Assembly (NCBI RefSeq): GCF_006345805.1 | Contig: NC_043017.1 | Coordinates: 24,800,001 to 24,864,000 of the forward strand | Length of the DNA: 64,000 nucleotides | Origin: Octopus sinensis | Lineage: Eukaryota | Reading direction: 5' to 3' | Shown: piece after piece, positions 48,671-60,971 of the stretch | Numbering within the stretch: position 1 is the first letter of the stretch | Layout: each line of letters begins with the position of its first letter | Program-made: the position numbers and the translations under genes | Notes under the pieces: generated by a model | Databases searched by the model: none | Told to the model about the DNA's origin: nothing | What the model saw: only the letters and a program-made list of their open reading frames with translations

Positions 48671-51181
48671 TAGGGGTTGTAAAAAATTAATTGCACTATA
48701 TTGGTCCAGTTATTTGATTGGAGTCATATTGCCAATTAAATAATTGATTGCTATCATATCAATTAATTGCAATATTGTCATCGAAAAAATTTTTTAAATG
48801 GCTCATACTCCATTCGACGTTCAATTATTATTGGAAGTATTGTGTTGACTGCTGAGAATGATCCACACATTCTGTCACGCTTAAGAATTGACTATTATGT
48901 CTGTTGTCAAGTGTTGATGCTTGATTCGGACTGCTGAGAATGATACACATTCTATTGTGCTTCGGAATTGGCTATTGTGTATGTTGTCAAATAATTGCTG
49001 TCAAGTGTTGACTCTTGTTTAGGACTGCCGAGAACAATTCACACATTCTGTCATGTTTGGGAATTGGTTGTTGTCAAATAATCACTGTTGAGTGATTCTT
49101 GGTTCTGATTGTCAAGAACGATTCACACATTCCGTCTTCAAGTCATTAAATCGTAACTTCGTCTGCATCGCAGTTTATATCTTGAATTTCACTCCAATAT
49201 ATTAACTGAATCAGACTTTCATCAATGGTGTGGTGAAATATCTTCTATTTTAAACTGTAGCGAAACATCTTCTATTTTAAACTAACCCATGCCGCGTGAA
49301 AATGAGCAAATCGTCAGAAAATATTTTAACCAAACAGACAGTGAACATGTATGGAAATGCAAGTGTGGAAAAAAGTTGACCCAGAAAAAAGGAACTGGAT
49401 GGACAAACCTTATGAATCATATAAAAAACCAGCACCCAGAGTATTCTACTACACAAGCTACTGGACAACCGTCTTCATCGAGTTTTCTTTCACCAAGAAG
49501 TAGTTTGGTCAGTCGCTCGGCTTTAAATTTTTATGGTTGGATTGAGTGGGTTTGTGTTGGTTTAAAACCATTTTCCTTTACTGAAGACCCACTGACTCAT
49601 AAGTACACAAACTTGGGAAGTATAACAAATGTGGCCTTAAAGAAATACATGGAGAAACTTACTCAAGAAGTGGAAAAGAAAATATCTGATGAACTTCCAA
49701 GTAAATTTTTGTTGGTAATCGATGGCTGGACTAAGGGCTCGACGCATTTCATTGGACTTTTTGCATCGTATTCGTGCAATTATCAAAATGACTATTGTAC
49801 TGTTTTGCTAGCATTTTCACCAATGGTAAGTGAAACATCAATCACTGCTTCTGATTATGTCGAATTTATAGAGTATGTGTTAAGTGTCTATAACAAAAAT
49901 TTAGAAAATGTTGTAGCTATTACAGGCGATAACACCGAAGTGAATAAATCTATAGCAAATCTGTGTAGAATACCATTGATTGGATGTGCCTTTCATAAAT
50001 TCAATCTAGCTGTTTCTGCTTATCTTGACAAGCAGGAAGTTCTGCTTAATAAAATTAATACGTTGATGGGCAAGCTAAAGTCATTAAAACTGGCAGGTAA
50101 ACTTCGGGAAAAAACGCCTTTGCAACCTATACAAAGAAATAAAACCCGTTGGACCACTACTTATGACATGATTGAAAGGTACATCCAACTCAAGCCGTTT
50201 TTAGATCCTTTTCAAGACGATCCAAAGCTGGTCGATTATCTGTTGACTCAACTCGATCATAATGATCTGCAGACTCTAAAAGACAATTTAGGAAAGTTAC
50301 GCTCAGTAACAATTGCCTTGCAAAGAACAGAATTAGATTTGGGAGATGCTCGAATTCTTTTTGACGAAATTCTTGCATTGTATCCTTACGAGGAGTTTAA
50401 AGAATATTTGCTTCCATCGGCAGCAATTGTGCACAGCCCAAATTTTGAAAGTGGAGCTGTGAAAATTTTACAACATGCAGAAGCAGAGCTAACTGCGGAT
50501 GAAGTGGCTGCTCTCCATCAGCTGAAAGTGGTGACGGATACATCACAACAGTCTGATTTACCTGTAGAAGATGATGATTTTGCTTCAATTTGTTTGAAAA
50601 AACAAAAGAAAAATAAAATTTCACCTCAGCAGTACCTGAACTGTAGATTTTTGTTACCAACATCCAACATCTTGGAACGTTTCTTCAGCTCAGCAGGTTA
50701 CGCTTTTAATGATTTTTGGCAATACTTAACACCGATGAATTTAGAAATGCAATTATTTCTAAAAGTCAATCGCGCTTTCTGGGATGAAGACCTAGTTTCA
50801 GAAATCTGCAATCGTTCATGACATTTTGCTATATTAGAAAATTCTAATTGTGCTACTCTTTTGAGAGACTCTTTCAATTAAAGACCTTCAATTTGTTTTA
50901 CAACCACTGTACAATGTAGAGTATACATGTTGCTTGTTCCCCTATACCAAATCAAGAAAATTGAACTTTGAACATTTTCTGATAATAAAGTTTTTTAAAA
51001 CTATAAGATGTGTCTTTATTTTCCTGTAATTTTGGCTCTTATCTAAATCGAAGCTAACTCTACAAAATATATGGTGTTTTTATGCTGGCTAAGGCTAATT
51101 GACAATTCATTGCAATAATTGATTGGCCTGTATCCAAATTGATTGATTGGAAAGGTTCCAATCAATTATTTACAACCCCTG
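48671..51181 (+). mobile_element. Full-length hAT DNA transposon, 2511 bp
   Basis: TIRs TAGGGGTTGTAAAAAATTAATTG and (reverse complement) CAGGGGTTGTAAATAATTGATTG. 8-bp TSD CCTGAGAC at 48663-48670 and 51182-51189. The paralogous G leader has one copy (gtgacctgagaccattag, about 54195). Confidence 0.95.
49289..50821 (+). CDS. hAT transposase, 510 aa, apparently intact
   Basis: N-terminal BED-like CxC...HxxxxH; catalytic D (IDGWT), D (TGDN), CxxH (CAFH), RW (KTRW) and E (PTSNILERFFS). Confidence 0.92.
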   Translation: MPRENEQIVRKYFNQTDSEHVWKCKCGKKLTQKKGTGWTNLMNHIKNQHPEYSTTQATGQPSSSSFLSPRSSLVSRSALNFYGWIEWVCVGLKPFSFTEDPLTHKYTNLGSITNVALKKYMEKLTQEVEKKISDELPSKFLLVIDGWTKGSTHFIGLFASYSCNYQNDYCTVLLAFSPMVSETSITASDYVEFIEYVLSVYNKNLENVVAITGDNTEVNKSIANLCRIPLIGCAFHKFNLAVSAYLDKQEVLLNKINTLMGKLKSLKLAGKLREKTPLQPIQRNKTRWTTTYDMIERYIQLKPFLDPFQDDPKLVDYLLTQLDHNDLQTLKDNLGKLRSVTIALQRTELDLGDARILFDEILALYPYEEFKEYLLPSAAIVHSPNFESGAVKILQHAEAELTADEVAALHQLKVVTDTSQQSDLPVEDDDFASICLKKQKKNKISPQQYLNCRFLLPTSNILERFFSSAGYAFNDFWQYLTPMNLEMQLFLKVNRAFWDEDLVSEICNRS

Positions 51182-51389
51182 CCTGAGACCATTAGCAAAA
51201 TTCTCCTACATCCCTGTCAGGAATATATTTGCAAGTTGGTGGTTAAATTTTCACAAGAGGTTATGAAAAATGAATTCTGTGAGAAGTCAATTCAAATTAA
51301 AACAGAGACTGAAAGAGCCCGTACACTCAGACATACACGAATGAGACACACCCTCATGTGAACACGACAGCTTCCACTGACATTCATAA

Positions 51390-51409
51390 TGCGCATGTGC
51401 AACCGGATG
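51390..51409 (+). promoter_or_regulatory. Candidate promoter motif of ZNF-G; exon-1 donor at 51591|51592
   Basis: TGCGCATGTGCAACCGGATG, identical to the ZNF-B copy. Confidence 0.55.
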
Positions 51410-51885
51410 CCTAATTCATTATTCGCAGAAATCTCTTTGCTAGATTTTTATTATTTTTATTTCAGCAGAAATCATAATTTACTGACGGACAAGTACTCAT
51501 ATTTATTTACACAGTGCATCGCAGGACATATATGTTTACTAACAATATATACCACCATCGGTCACTTAATAATATCTGTGATTTATACGAGGTATTTTTT
51601 TTCTTAATGTTTCTTCATTCAATCGTTTTCTTTCATATTACAACTTTGGGAAATGTGAAGAATTCGGTACTAGGGGACCACTCTACGATACTAATACCAA
51701 GAATTCTGGCATAATTTCGAAGATATGAGGAATGTATAAAGACATGATTGTTTACTTGACATAGTGAAATGGAGTCGACCCGTTGTTTGCTACCAACATG
51801 ATATTGCGGTGGTTACATCCATAAGAAGTCTGTAATTTCTGGTGCACTTTTGTGCATGCATTCGTATGCGACTAGCAATATTTGT

Positions 51886-52104
51886 GGTTAAACTAAAGCA
51901 TTAAACTCGGTCAAAAAAACAACAAAAAAATATTTGTGTAATAGGTGTAAAACAACTTCCTCTAAACGAATATGAACAAAAAAAAAATGCGCGCACGCGA
52001 AAGGGGAGTGGGGGAGAGGCCTCGGAAAATTCACATCGGGAATTTCCGAAAGCGTCTGAGGGGCTGACCCGGACAGCACCTCAGTTTAACGCTTTAGTTT
52101 AACC
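51886..52104. mobile_element. 219-bp MITE with GG-ended TIRs
   Basis: 22-bp TIR GGTTAAACTAAAGC(A/G)TTAAACT and an 8-bp TSD ATATTTGT. Confidence 0.85.
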
Positions 52105-53031
52105 ATATTTGTACTATTTGGAAAGAGGTTTTTTCGACGTCGATCTCGTTTTCTTCTTGAAAATTCACATACACAAATGAAGGGGCGGAGGTAAAGGACA
52201 TGGACCGCGGTTAAACTAAAACGGGTAGTGAGAACGAACCCATGTCGCATATACATACATGCACAAAAGTGCATAGCATGGCCGCGGCCTTCGGGCTAAA
52301 ACATTTTAAAGGATTTTAAGGATATATGCATCACTTGCACATTATAAATATGCAACGCTTTTCTCAAGTTTAAAATGCGATGTTGCTTTTGTTATCTACG
52401 TACCACACATGCACACATACATACAGAAAAGAAGTATGTATAGCATATATGTACGTCGAAAAAGCCGTATTATTAGTGATAATATTTCATGTGTTTACAG
52501 TTGACATGTTCTGTCACGCACACGGAATTTAAAGAACGAATCTTGACAAGTCGATGACAAGTTTGAGACTCAAAACGATTGATTACCAATTGTTTTTGTT
52601 TTTGATTTTTTCTCCCGCAATACACATTCATTTACGATTTCAATCTTGAATTTATTCTCTAACATTCTTTACATCGTAAATTCTAGTTCCTGGTGTAGTT
52701 TTGAAACGGAAACTCTATTTTTGTTTGCACCAGGGAGAAAATATTTTCATTTCTTGTAATAACTTGTAATAATTAGGAGAGATGATGGAGCTTGTGTGTC
52801 TGCAACGATGTTTTGCTCAGTCAGAATTGACCTGGGGTTAAACTTTAATCGACCGACGATGATTGATCTTCTTAGCCAGAAAGCCCCATGTCCCCTACTT
52901 TATAATTTAATATAAATAATCTCATCGTGTTGCTGCAGCCAGTGATATATAAACATCACATGTTATTTTTTAATGTAATCTTAACAAATTTAGGCGGAAT
53001 TCTTGTATAAGCACCCCATATAACTTTTTAT

Positions 53032-53448
53032 GGATCTTTTCGGTTTGAACGGCAGTTTTTAACATAATTTCTAGGTAACTAAAAAATTTTAAACTTCGTA
53101 TACTGGTAGAATATGTTTATAAAACATCTTTTTCTCTTGGCTTTATTGAGAAAATTCTATAGTTTGTAAGATATTTGGTCCTTAATTTCTTGCATTTCGG
53201 CAATTTCAACCAATCAATGACCGTCTATTGAGTTGAAAACATTCTGTGCCGTATGAATATGTCCCTCGTTTAAGAAACAGATTGGGTTTATTTACATTTG
53301 TGAAGAAAAAAAGATACCCTTCCCCCCACTCCTAACCCTAACCCTAAAAGAGATTGAAATGCAATAGATCGATTCTAGGGTCATAATTATGGGTGACAAT
53401 TTCATATGACACCGCTAGAAAAAACTGCCGTTCAAACCGAAAAGATCC
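53032..53448. mobile_element. GGATC-family MITE, 417 bp
   Basis: TIR GGATCTTTT(T)CGGTTTGAACGGCAGTTTTT and an 8-bp TSD CTTTTTAT. Confidence 0.9.
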
Positions 53449-54133
53449 CTTTTTATTATTGGGAATTTTCAAAACATGTGTACAACAGAAATTAGCAAAA
53501 TTTTCTGAAGATTCCAAAATATAAAAAGATTAGGAAAGGTGCTAAAACCAGAATCCATCCAAATTTAGAGCTGAAATGTGGACGCCAATGTTTACTCTGC
53601 ACGCGTAAGAGAAAGCAGGGTATGGTAGTCGCTCGTCTTTGTGTGTTTGCAAAATTACTAGAAAACGGCTGAATGGATTTTCACCAAATTTGTCAGAAAT
53701 ACTCATTGGGTGAGTGTTTCGAACTCATGATTTTACTTTATCTTCAGAACTGGCGGACGGGTGAATCAAAATGATTTTTTTCTTCGATACATATGTATAA
53801 ACGATAAGCAGGGGAAATAACTCTTGATGTAATTTTGTTGAAATATGAATTCAGCAGAGACTATATTTTTATTAAATAAAATTCTATTTTATCGTTGTGT
53901 TCGTGTAGGGTAGGCCTTGCCCATCCGATGCCATTTTTTTCTTTATATTTACAGTTTATCAATATTGAAATGTAGTGAATTTTCCATCACTGAATCTACT
54001 TTTAAGTATCCCCTGTATCTTATACTGTTTCTCTATTATTTCAGAATTATCAGATGACATTGGTGTAAAAGTATTTCCTCAGATGTATCATCAATATTTA
54101 TCATTTAAAAAGTAAAAGGATTTGTTACACAGG

Positions 54134-54157
54134 ATGGATAACATTCTGCTTCTATAA
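54134..54157 (+). promoter_or_regulatory. uORF MDNILLL* in the ZNF-G leader
   Basis: ATG GAT AAC ATT CTG CTT CTA TAA. The predicted acceptor is at 54044. Confidence 0.6.
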
Positions 54158-54392
54158 ATTTGTGATGGAATTGGTGTGAAATATTGTTGTTGTGACCTGA
54201 GACCATTAGTAAAATTCTTCTACATCCCTGCTAGGAATATGTTTGCCAGTTGGTTGTTTTGTTATTAAACACAGAGATGTTTTCACAAGAGATTGCAGTA
54301 TCTTCAGACACCAACAAAGATCACGTTCTATGGAATTGTAGCAGTTGAAATAATTGTTAAGAAAATACAAGAAGAAACGAGGAGGAATAATT

Positions 54393-56417
54393 ATGGAAAA
54401 GGAATTCTGTGAGAAGCCAATTCAAATTAAAACAGAGATTGAAAGCATTGATTTTGCTGATGAGATGCTGAAAGAGATAAAAGAAGGATCATGTTCCCCT
54501 GATATCTATACAGAGTCATTCTCTCAAAAACGTAACCCAACTGATCCCAAATATATTCATACCAGAGGGAAACCATATAATTGTGACATCTGTGGCAAAT
54601 CATTCTCTAAAAATAGTAACTTAAATACTCACAAACGTATTCATACAGGAGAGAAACCATTTCATTGTAATATCTGTGGTAAATCATTCTCTACAAGTGG
54701 TAACTTAACTAGTCACAAACGTATTCATACGGGAGAGAAACCACATCACTGTGATATCTGTGGTAAATCCTTTTCTGAAAGAGGTACCTTAAATAGTCAC
54801 AAACGTATCCATACAGGAGAGAAACCATACTCCTGTGGTACCTGTGGAAAATCATTCTCCGAAAGAGGTACCTTAAATACTCACAAGCATATTCATACAA
54901 GAGAGAAACCACATCACTGTGATATCTGTGGTAAATCATTTTTTAACATCGGTGCCTTAAATACCCATACACGTATTCATACAGGAGACAAGCCATATTA
55001 TTGTGATATCTGTGGTAAATCATTTTCTAGAAGTGATACTTTGAATACTCACAAATCTGTTCATGCTGGACAGAAACCATACCCGTGTGATATCTGTGGT
55101 AAATCCTTCTCTCACACATCGTCCCTAACTAAACACAGAAGTATCCACACAGGGGAGAGACCGTACCATTGTCAGATTTGTGGTAAATCATTCCCAGATA
55201 AAAGCAAATTACAGAGACACATATATGTCCATACAGGAGAAAAACCCTATGGCTGTAATATCTGTGGCAAATCATTCAGTCAAAATGTTGACTTAAATAA
55301 GCACATACGGATTCACACAGGGGAAAAGCCATATCACTGTGATATCTGTGGTAAATCTTGCTCTACAAGCAGTGACTTAATTAAACATAAGCGTGTTCAT
55401 ACAGGAGAAAAGCCATATCACTGTGATATCTGTGGCAAGTCTTTCTCGGAAGGCAGTGCTTTACATAAACATAGGCGTATACATACAGGAGAGACACCAT
55501 ATCACTGTCATGTTTGCGGTAAATCATTTTCTGATGGTAGTACCTTAACTAAGCACAAAAATATTCATACAGGGGAAAAACCATATCAGTGTGATATCTG
55601 TGGTAAATCATTTTCTAAAAGCCATACCTTAACTAAGCATAAACGTATCCATACAGGAGAAAAACCATATCAATGTGATATCTGTGGTCAGTCTTTCTCC
55701 AGGAATGGCTATTTAGCTAAACACAAACACACTCATATTGGTGAGAAAACATATCACTGTGTTATTTGTGGGAAATCATTCTCTCAAAGTAATGACTTAT
55801 CCAAACACAAACGCACTCATACAGGTGAACGACCATATCATTGTGCTATCTGTGGAAAATCTTTCTCTCAAAGTAACGACTTATACAGACACAAACGCAC
55901 TCATACAGGTGACAAGCCATATCAGTGTGACATCTGTGAGAAAGCATTCTCTACCAATAGATACTTAACTAAACATAAATATATTCATGCAGGAGAGGGA
56001 CCGGATGTCCATGATATTTATAGTGAATCATTCTCTTCTGGTGAAGCTTCAATTATTCACAAACCCAATCCTGCAGCTGAGGAGACGTATCAGTGTGATA
56101 TCTGCGGTAAATCATTTTCTCAACAATATTTAACTATACACAAACGCACTCATACAGGTGAGAAGCCATATCTCTGTGTCATCTGTGGGAAATCTTTCTC
56201 TCAAAATGTTCACTTAACTCTACACAAACGCACTCATACAGGTGAGAAGCCACATCACTGTGACATTTGTGGAAGATCATTCTCTCAGATAAGTACCTTG
56301 TCTAATCACAAATATGTTCACAGAGCAGAAAAACTGTACCTCTGTGATATTTGTGGCAAATCATTCTCTAGAAAGTTTGAATTAACTAGACACAAACGTC
56401 TTCATATACAGGAGTGA
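54393..56417 (+). CDS. C2H2 zinc-finger protein G, 674 aa, about 21 canonical plus 2 degenerate fingers; the only full-length copy
   Basis: Uninterrupted ORF from aattATGG, homologous to the paralog starts. It ends HKRLHIQE*. Confidence 0.93.
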   Translation: MEKEFCEKPIQIKTEIESIDFADEMLKEIKEGSCSPDIYTESFSQKRNPTDPKYIHTRGKPYNCDICGKSFSKNSNLNTHKRIHTGEKPFHCNICGKSFSTSGNLTSHKRIHTGEKPHHCDICGKSFSERGTLNSHKRIHTGEKPYSCGTCGKSFSERGTLNTHKHIHTREKPHHCDICGKSFFNIGALNTHTRIHTGDKPYYCDICGKSFSRSDTLNTHKSVHAGQKPYPCDICGKSFSHTSSLTKHRSIHTGERPYHCQICGKSFPDKSKLQRHIYVHTGEKPYGCNICGKSFSQNVDLNKHIRIHTGEKPYHCDICGKSCSTSSDLIKHKRVHTGEKPYHCDICGKSFSEGSALHKHRRIHTGETPYHCHVCGKSFSDGSTLTKHKNIHTGEKPYQCDICGKSFSKSHTLTKHKRIHTGEKPYQCDICGQSFSRNGYLAKHKHTHIGEKTYHCVICGKSFSQSNDLSKHKRTHTGERPYHCAICGKSFSQSNDLYRHKRTHTGDKPYQCDICEKAFSTNRYLTKHKYIHAGEGPDVHDIYSESFSSGEASIIHKPNPAAEETYQCDICGKSFSQQYLTIHKRTHTGEKPYLCVICGKSFSQNVHLTLHKRTHTGEKPHHCDICGRSFSQISTLSNHKYVHRAEKLYLCDICGKSFSRKFELTRHKRLHIQE

Positions 56418-56633
56418 CCATAACACAGATATTTTTTGGTTATTTCTCTTGAACATGCCTCACACCTGTTTATACAATATAGAATACACATCAACTTGAT
56501 ATTTTATAAATAAATTTCTGTTGGTGATGGCTAAACAAGACACGAACATATTAAAATGAAAGAAAAGCCATATCACTGATATCTGTACACAAGAAAGAAG
56601 CTGTAACAATGTCATAATGGTGTTCTAACAATA

Positions 56634-56820
56634 TCATCATCATCATTTAGTGTCCGCTTTCCATGCTAGCATGGGTTGGACGGTTCAACTGGGGTCTGGG
56701 AAGCCAGAAGGCTGCACCAGGCCCAGTCTGATCTGGCAATGTTTCTATGGCTGGATGCCCTTCCTAACGCCAACCACTCCGTGAGTGTAGTTTGTGCTTT
56801 TTATGTGCCACCGGCACGGA
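56634..56820 (-). mobile_element. SINE family D
   Basis: (cat)n plus family consensus in the G 3' region. Confidence 0.8.
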
Positions 56821-58306
56821 TATATTTTATATATAACTACAATTGGTGATGTTACTGATTTTTGTACTTCTACTGATGCTATGGGTGATATCTTCAACAC
56901 TGGCATGGCATAATCAATTTTTTGTATTACAGTGTGGGGGTTTTGAATCAGATGTATAAGTTTCATTAATTGAATATTTAGTTCCTCAATCCTGTTCATG
57001 GAGAGTAAATGGTTAGCCTTCTAGATGAGATGTGATGTATATATTGCATGTCCAGGAGAGGCTATTATTCCTGTCAATGTTGCTGGCATTCTTTAGCTGG
57101 TGTATCCGTGCATAACCTTCTGTCCATATGGGTATTTCTCTTCCAAGTCTCTAACTAGTGCAATCCAGCTCCCTTGTGTGTATGTGTGTATGTATCCTTG
57201 TCTTGACATTATGTGGTAGTTGGAAGTGAAGTGTCCCTGTCATACAAGATATAGCAGTTGTTTCAAACCTTCCATGAAGAACTGGGTTGGCCACAGCAAT
57301 GTCTTACCTTGCTTCAAAACGGGTGAGGATTGGTGACATGAAAGGTATATGATTGTAGTAAATTTGCATCACTGAATTGTTTGACCCATGCAGGCATAGA
57401 AAAGTAGACACTAAAATAATAATTATGATATACACACAAACACATACATTTCAGTGTTAAAATAGCAGAAAAGTACTCAAGACAAGTAGCTGTGTATATT
57501 TACTGACTCTTGTTTTAAGGACTCATTTTGACTGAGGCCTGTCATGGAGAAACTGAAACAAACAAAACTCTATAGATGAGCCTTTTGTTTACAATAATGG
57601 TGCAACACATCAAAGCATGTTTTGAAACATGGACATACTTTCACAGTGGGCTGCAAGCAAACCAACACCATCAGAGCTTCCAATCAACTAGGTGATAAGA
57701 CTGAAACATATATGTAGGTTTCTTTATTTTATTTTTCCGGGTTTTACAACTTGTAACCAATTTATTTGTAATGTTATGTTTTTTAAAAGAAATTTTCATC
57801 ATTTTATAACATACAAATAAATTATTCATACATCCACTTTTCCTCCGTTTTCTTTTTTCTTCAATATTAATAATATATATAATTTTAGTAATCCGTAGCA
57901 TATACCAGTGACTTTTGCATTATATGATAGAGATTAACCAGTGGAATATCTTGGATTATATAATCCCTAATGAGGATATAATTTCCTCAAATTAACTATG
58001 TATATGTATATATAGACACAAGTGTGACTGTGTGGTCACACGGAAGAGAAAAAGATGGTTCTGCAGTTTTTTTGCTGCAGAAACTGCACAAATGATTTGT
58101 TTATACTGATCAAATGTATGTGCAGTATATTAGCTGACTCTGTCTGCCAATTTGAGATTGACTGAACAGTAGCAGGATGTATTACACATCATGTATGAAA
58201 GTTATCACAGAACAATGTCAGATGAAGCTTTGCTCCAGAACACACTGCAACACCATAACCTCCAAGCTATGTGTCCACCACAAAGAAATAAACTTGAAAT
58301 AAACAT

Positions 58307-58512
58307 AAGGCGGCGAGCTGGCAGAAACGTTAGCACGCCAGGCGAAATGCTTAGCAGTTTTTCATCTGTCTTTACGTTCTGCCTTTCATCCTTTCGGGGT
58401 CGATAAATTAAGTACCAGTTAGGCACTGGGGTTGTTATAATCGACTTAATCTGTTTGTCTATCCTTGTTTGTCCTCTCTGTGTTTAGCCCCTTGTGGGCA
58501 ATAAAGAAATAA
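58307..58512 (+). mobile_element. SINE family A
   Basis: Family consensus. It is absent at the paralogous site near 3410. Confidence 0.85.
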
Positions 58513-58911
58513 GAAATAAACTTGAAAATATTATATTATTGTTTTGCTATTTTATTTTCATATGAAAGTATTGTTTCTTGATTTTTTTCTCTGAGTTTAA
58601 ATAATATTCCTTAAGAAATATTATACTAATACAATGATGGTTATAATGTTAGTGCCAAAAGAAAACAAATATTATAGCAATATTATTCTGCAGATAGCCA
58701 ATAGATTGTTTATACAAGAGCTCTACAAGTGATAGTATATTAAAAGCAGTATTTCTGAGAGGAAGAAAAATAGGTAATAGAGAAAGTAGGGAGAGCAGGT
58801 AGGTAGGTGTTTCTTTATATATATCTGCATATTGTGTACTGTGTATCATCTGATTATAAATTAAAGTATTTCACTTAATGACAGTTGCAAAACACACTCA
58901 AGCACATTATT

Positions 58912-59300
58912 CTCTCTCTTTTACTCTTTTACTTGTTTCAGTCATTTGACTGTGGTCATGCTGGAGCACCGCCTTTAGTCGAGCAAATCGACCCCGGCAC
59001 TTATTCTTTGTAAGCCCAGTACTTATTCTATCAGTCTCTTTTGCCGAACCGCTAAGTGACGGGAACGTAAACACACCAGCATCGTTTGTCAAGCAATGCT
59101 AGGGGGACAAACACAGACACACAAACATATACATATATACGACAGGCTTCTTTCAGTTTCCGTCTACCAAATCCACTCACAAGGCATTGGTTGGCCCGAA
59201 GCTATAGTAGAAGACACTTGCCCAAGGTGCCACACAGTGGGACTGAACCCGGAACCATGTGGTTGGCAAGCAAGCTACTTACCACACAGCCACTCCTGCG
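58912..59300 (-). mobile_element. SINE family B
   Basis: Family consensus. Confidence 0.85.
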
Positions 59301-59576
59301 TGTTTGTGTGTATACATACACACAAATGTATGTGTGTGTGTATAATTTAACTCTATCACTAAATAATCTGCTTTAGGTTCACTGAGAATCACTAGTTTCT
59401 ACATGAATCTCTTCATATTGAGATGCCTACATAAACCATTATGTGTTTGTCTATACATACATACATGTATCATTGTCATTGTCTAAATTTAGTGTGCAGC
59501 TAGGAGCTCACCAAGGCTCATTTCTCAGCGCTCACCAATTTATCATAGTCTTCCATGCCATAACAGAAGTGTTTAA

Positions 59577-59797
59577 CCCTTTAGTGTTTGCATTATTCTG
59601 CCAAAATTAATGCTTTTTCATCCTCATTGTTTTGAACTAATCATGCATTATCTTGTAGCTATGAGATTTTGATGAGGTAGCTCTTAATTTTTAAAACAAT
59701 ATTGTAGGATTGGTGTGAGAGACCAGATCTGGTCAGTTTGAACATAAAACACACAGAATACTTTTGGCCGGATATGGCCGGTTTAAATGCTAAAGGG
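59577..59797. mobile_element. piggyBac-type MITE (221 bp)
   Basis: TTAA|CCCTTTAG...CTAAAGGG|TTAA. A partial third copy runs from about 63875 to the window end. Confidence 0.9.
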
Positions 59798-59809
59798 TTA
59801 AGATGGGTT

Positions 59810-60130
59810 ACCTGTGGGGACTCCTCTATGCTGATGACCTTATTCTTATAGAGAAGTAATTTCATGTGTGGAGGCAAAACCTGAAATCAAAGACCTTCGA
59901 GTTAACTTAGCAAAGGCCAAAATCCTAGTAAGCAGATAACCTTTAAAGAAATGGGCCTGTTCAATATGTAAAAAAAAGTGGAGGGAGAAATTCCATTTGG
60001 TGTACCAAGTGGAAGCTGTGGACATAGATGGTGCAATGGATTGAAAATATTAACAGAAAGTAGTCATTGTGTGTAGCAGATGTTCAGGAACATCTGACAA
60101 CACACAAAACTGATTTCCACAAATACACAG
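59810..60130 (+). mobile_element. RTE-clade RT fragment
   Basis: WGLLYADDLIL (YADD at 59827-59838), followed by LRVNLAKAK and a Cys-rich CSIC...NSIxC segment. Confidence 0.7.
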
Positions 60131-60137
60131 GAGATAT

Positions 60138-60929
60138 TACTCTTTTACTTATTTCAGTCATTTGACTGCGGCCATGCTGGAGCACCTCCTTTAGTCGAGC
60201 AAATCGACCCCGGGACTTATTCTTTGTAAGCCCAGTACTTATTCTATCGGTCTCTTTTGCCGAACCGCTAAGTGACGGGGACATAAACACACCAGCATCG
60301 GTTGTCAAGCAATGCTAGGGGGACAAACGCGCACATATATATACATATATATGACAGGCTTCTTTCAGTTTCCGTCTACCAAATCCACTCACAAGGCAAT
60401 TGTCGGCCCGGGGCTATAGCAGAAGACACTTGCCCAAGATGTCATACAGGGGGACTGAACCCAGAACCATGTGGTTGGTTAGCAAGCTACTTACCACACA
60501 ACCACTCCTGCGCCTATTAGATATTAGATACTTTTTGTTACCCTTTCTGTAAGTTATCAAGTTAGTGCCATGAGTGAACCACAATTGAAATATGCAATTT
60601 ACGTGTGTACACTTAACTCATTAGCTTGCTGGAAATCACACCACTAAGTCAGAAAATCATCTCAAACACACACAATCTACATCATTTGAAATGTAGTGTG
60701 GTAAGAAGCTTCCTTTCCAACCAGAAATAACTGGTCTAAGGGAGATACACTGACCCCGGACTTTTTATTTTTTGGTGATCTCTGACCAAATGACCTTAAC
60801 GGATTTCTGCCTCTCAGAGGTGTAGAGTTACATTTGTTTTTGGGTTTAGAATCCGACAAAATGTCTGCGAGGCTAAGGCTTTTGTGGATGCGGAACCATT
60901 GGTCATTCTACGACTGGTCATTAACTTCA

Positions 60930-60971
<42 letters not shown>

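Larger units (their letters stand above)
47333..51361 (+). pseudogene. ZNF-H: fingerless stub (promoter, exon 1, intron, leader, 19 N-terminal codons) interrupted by a hAT element
   Basis: Acceptor at 48521. The leader aligns to the G leader on both sides of the hAT. ATG at 51263 gives MKNEFCEKSIQIKTETERA, then runs into G upstream DNA. Confidence 0.85.

Noticed and set aside
54354-54392. 13-codon N-terminal extension of ZNF-G from a TTG start in the ORF track
   Set aside because: All paralogs start at the homologous aattATGG, which is 54393 in G.
54500-56400. 84-bp periodic repeats resembling a repeat-spacer array
   Set aside because: The period equals the 28-codon finger unit inside an open ORF. 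The context is eukaryotic and no cas genes are present, so this is not CRISPR.
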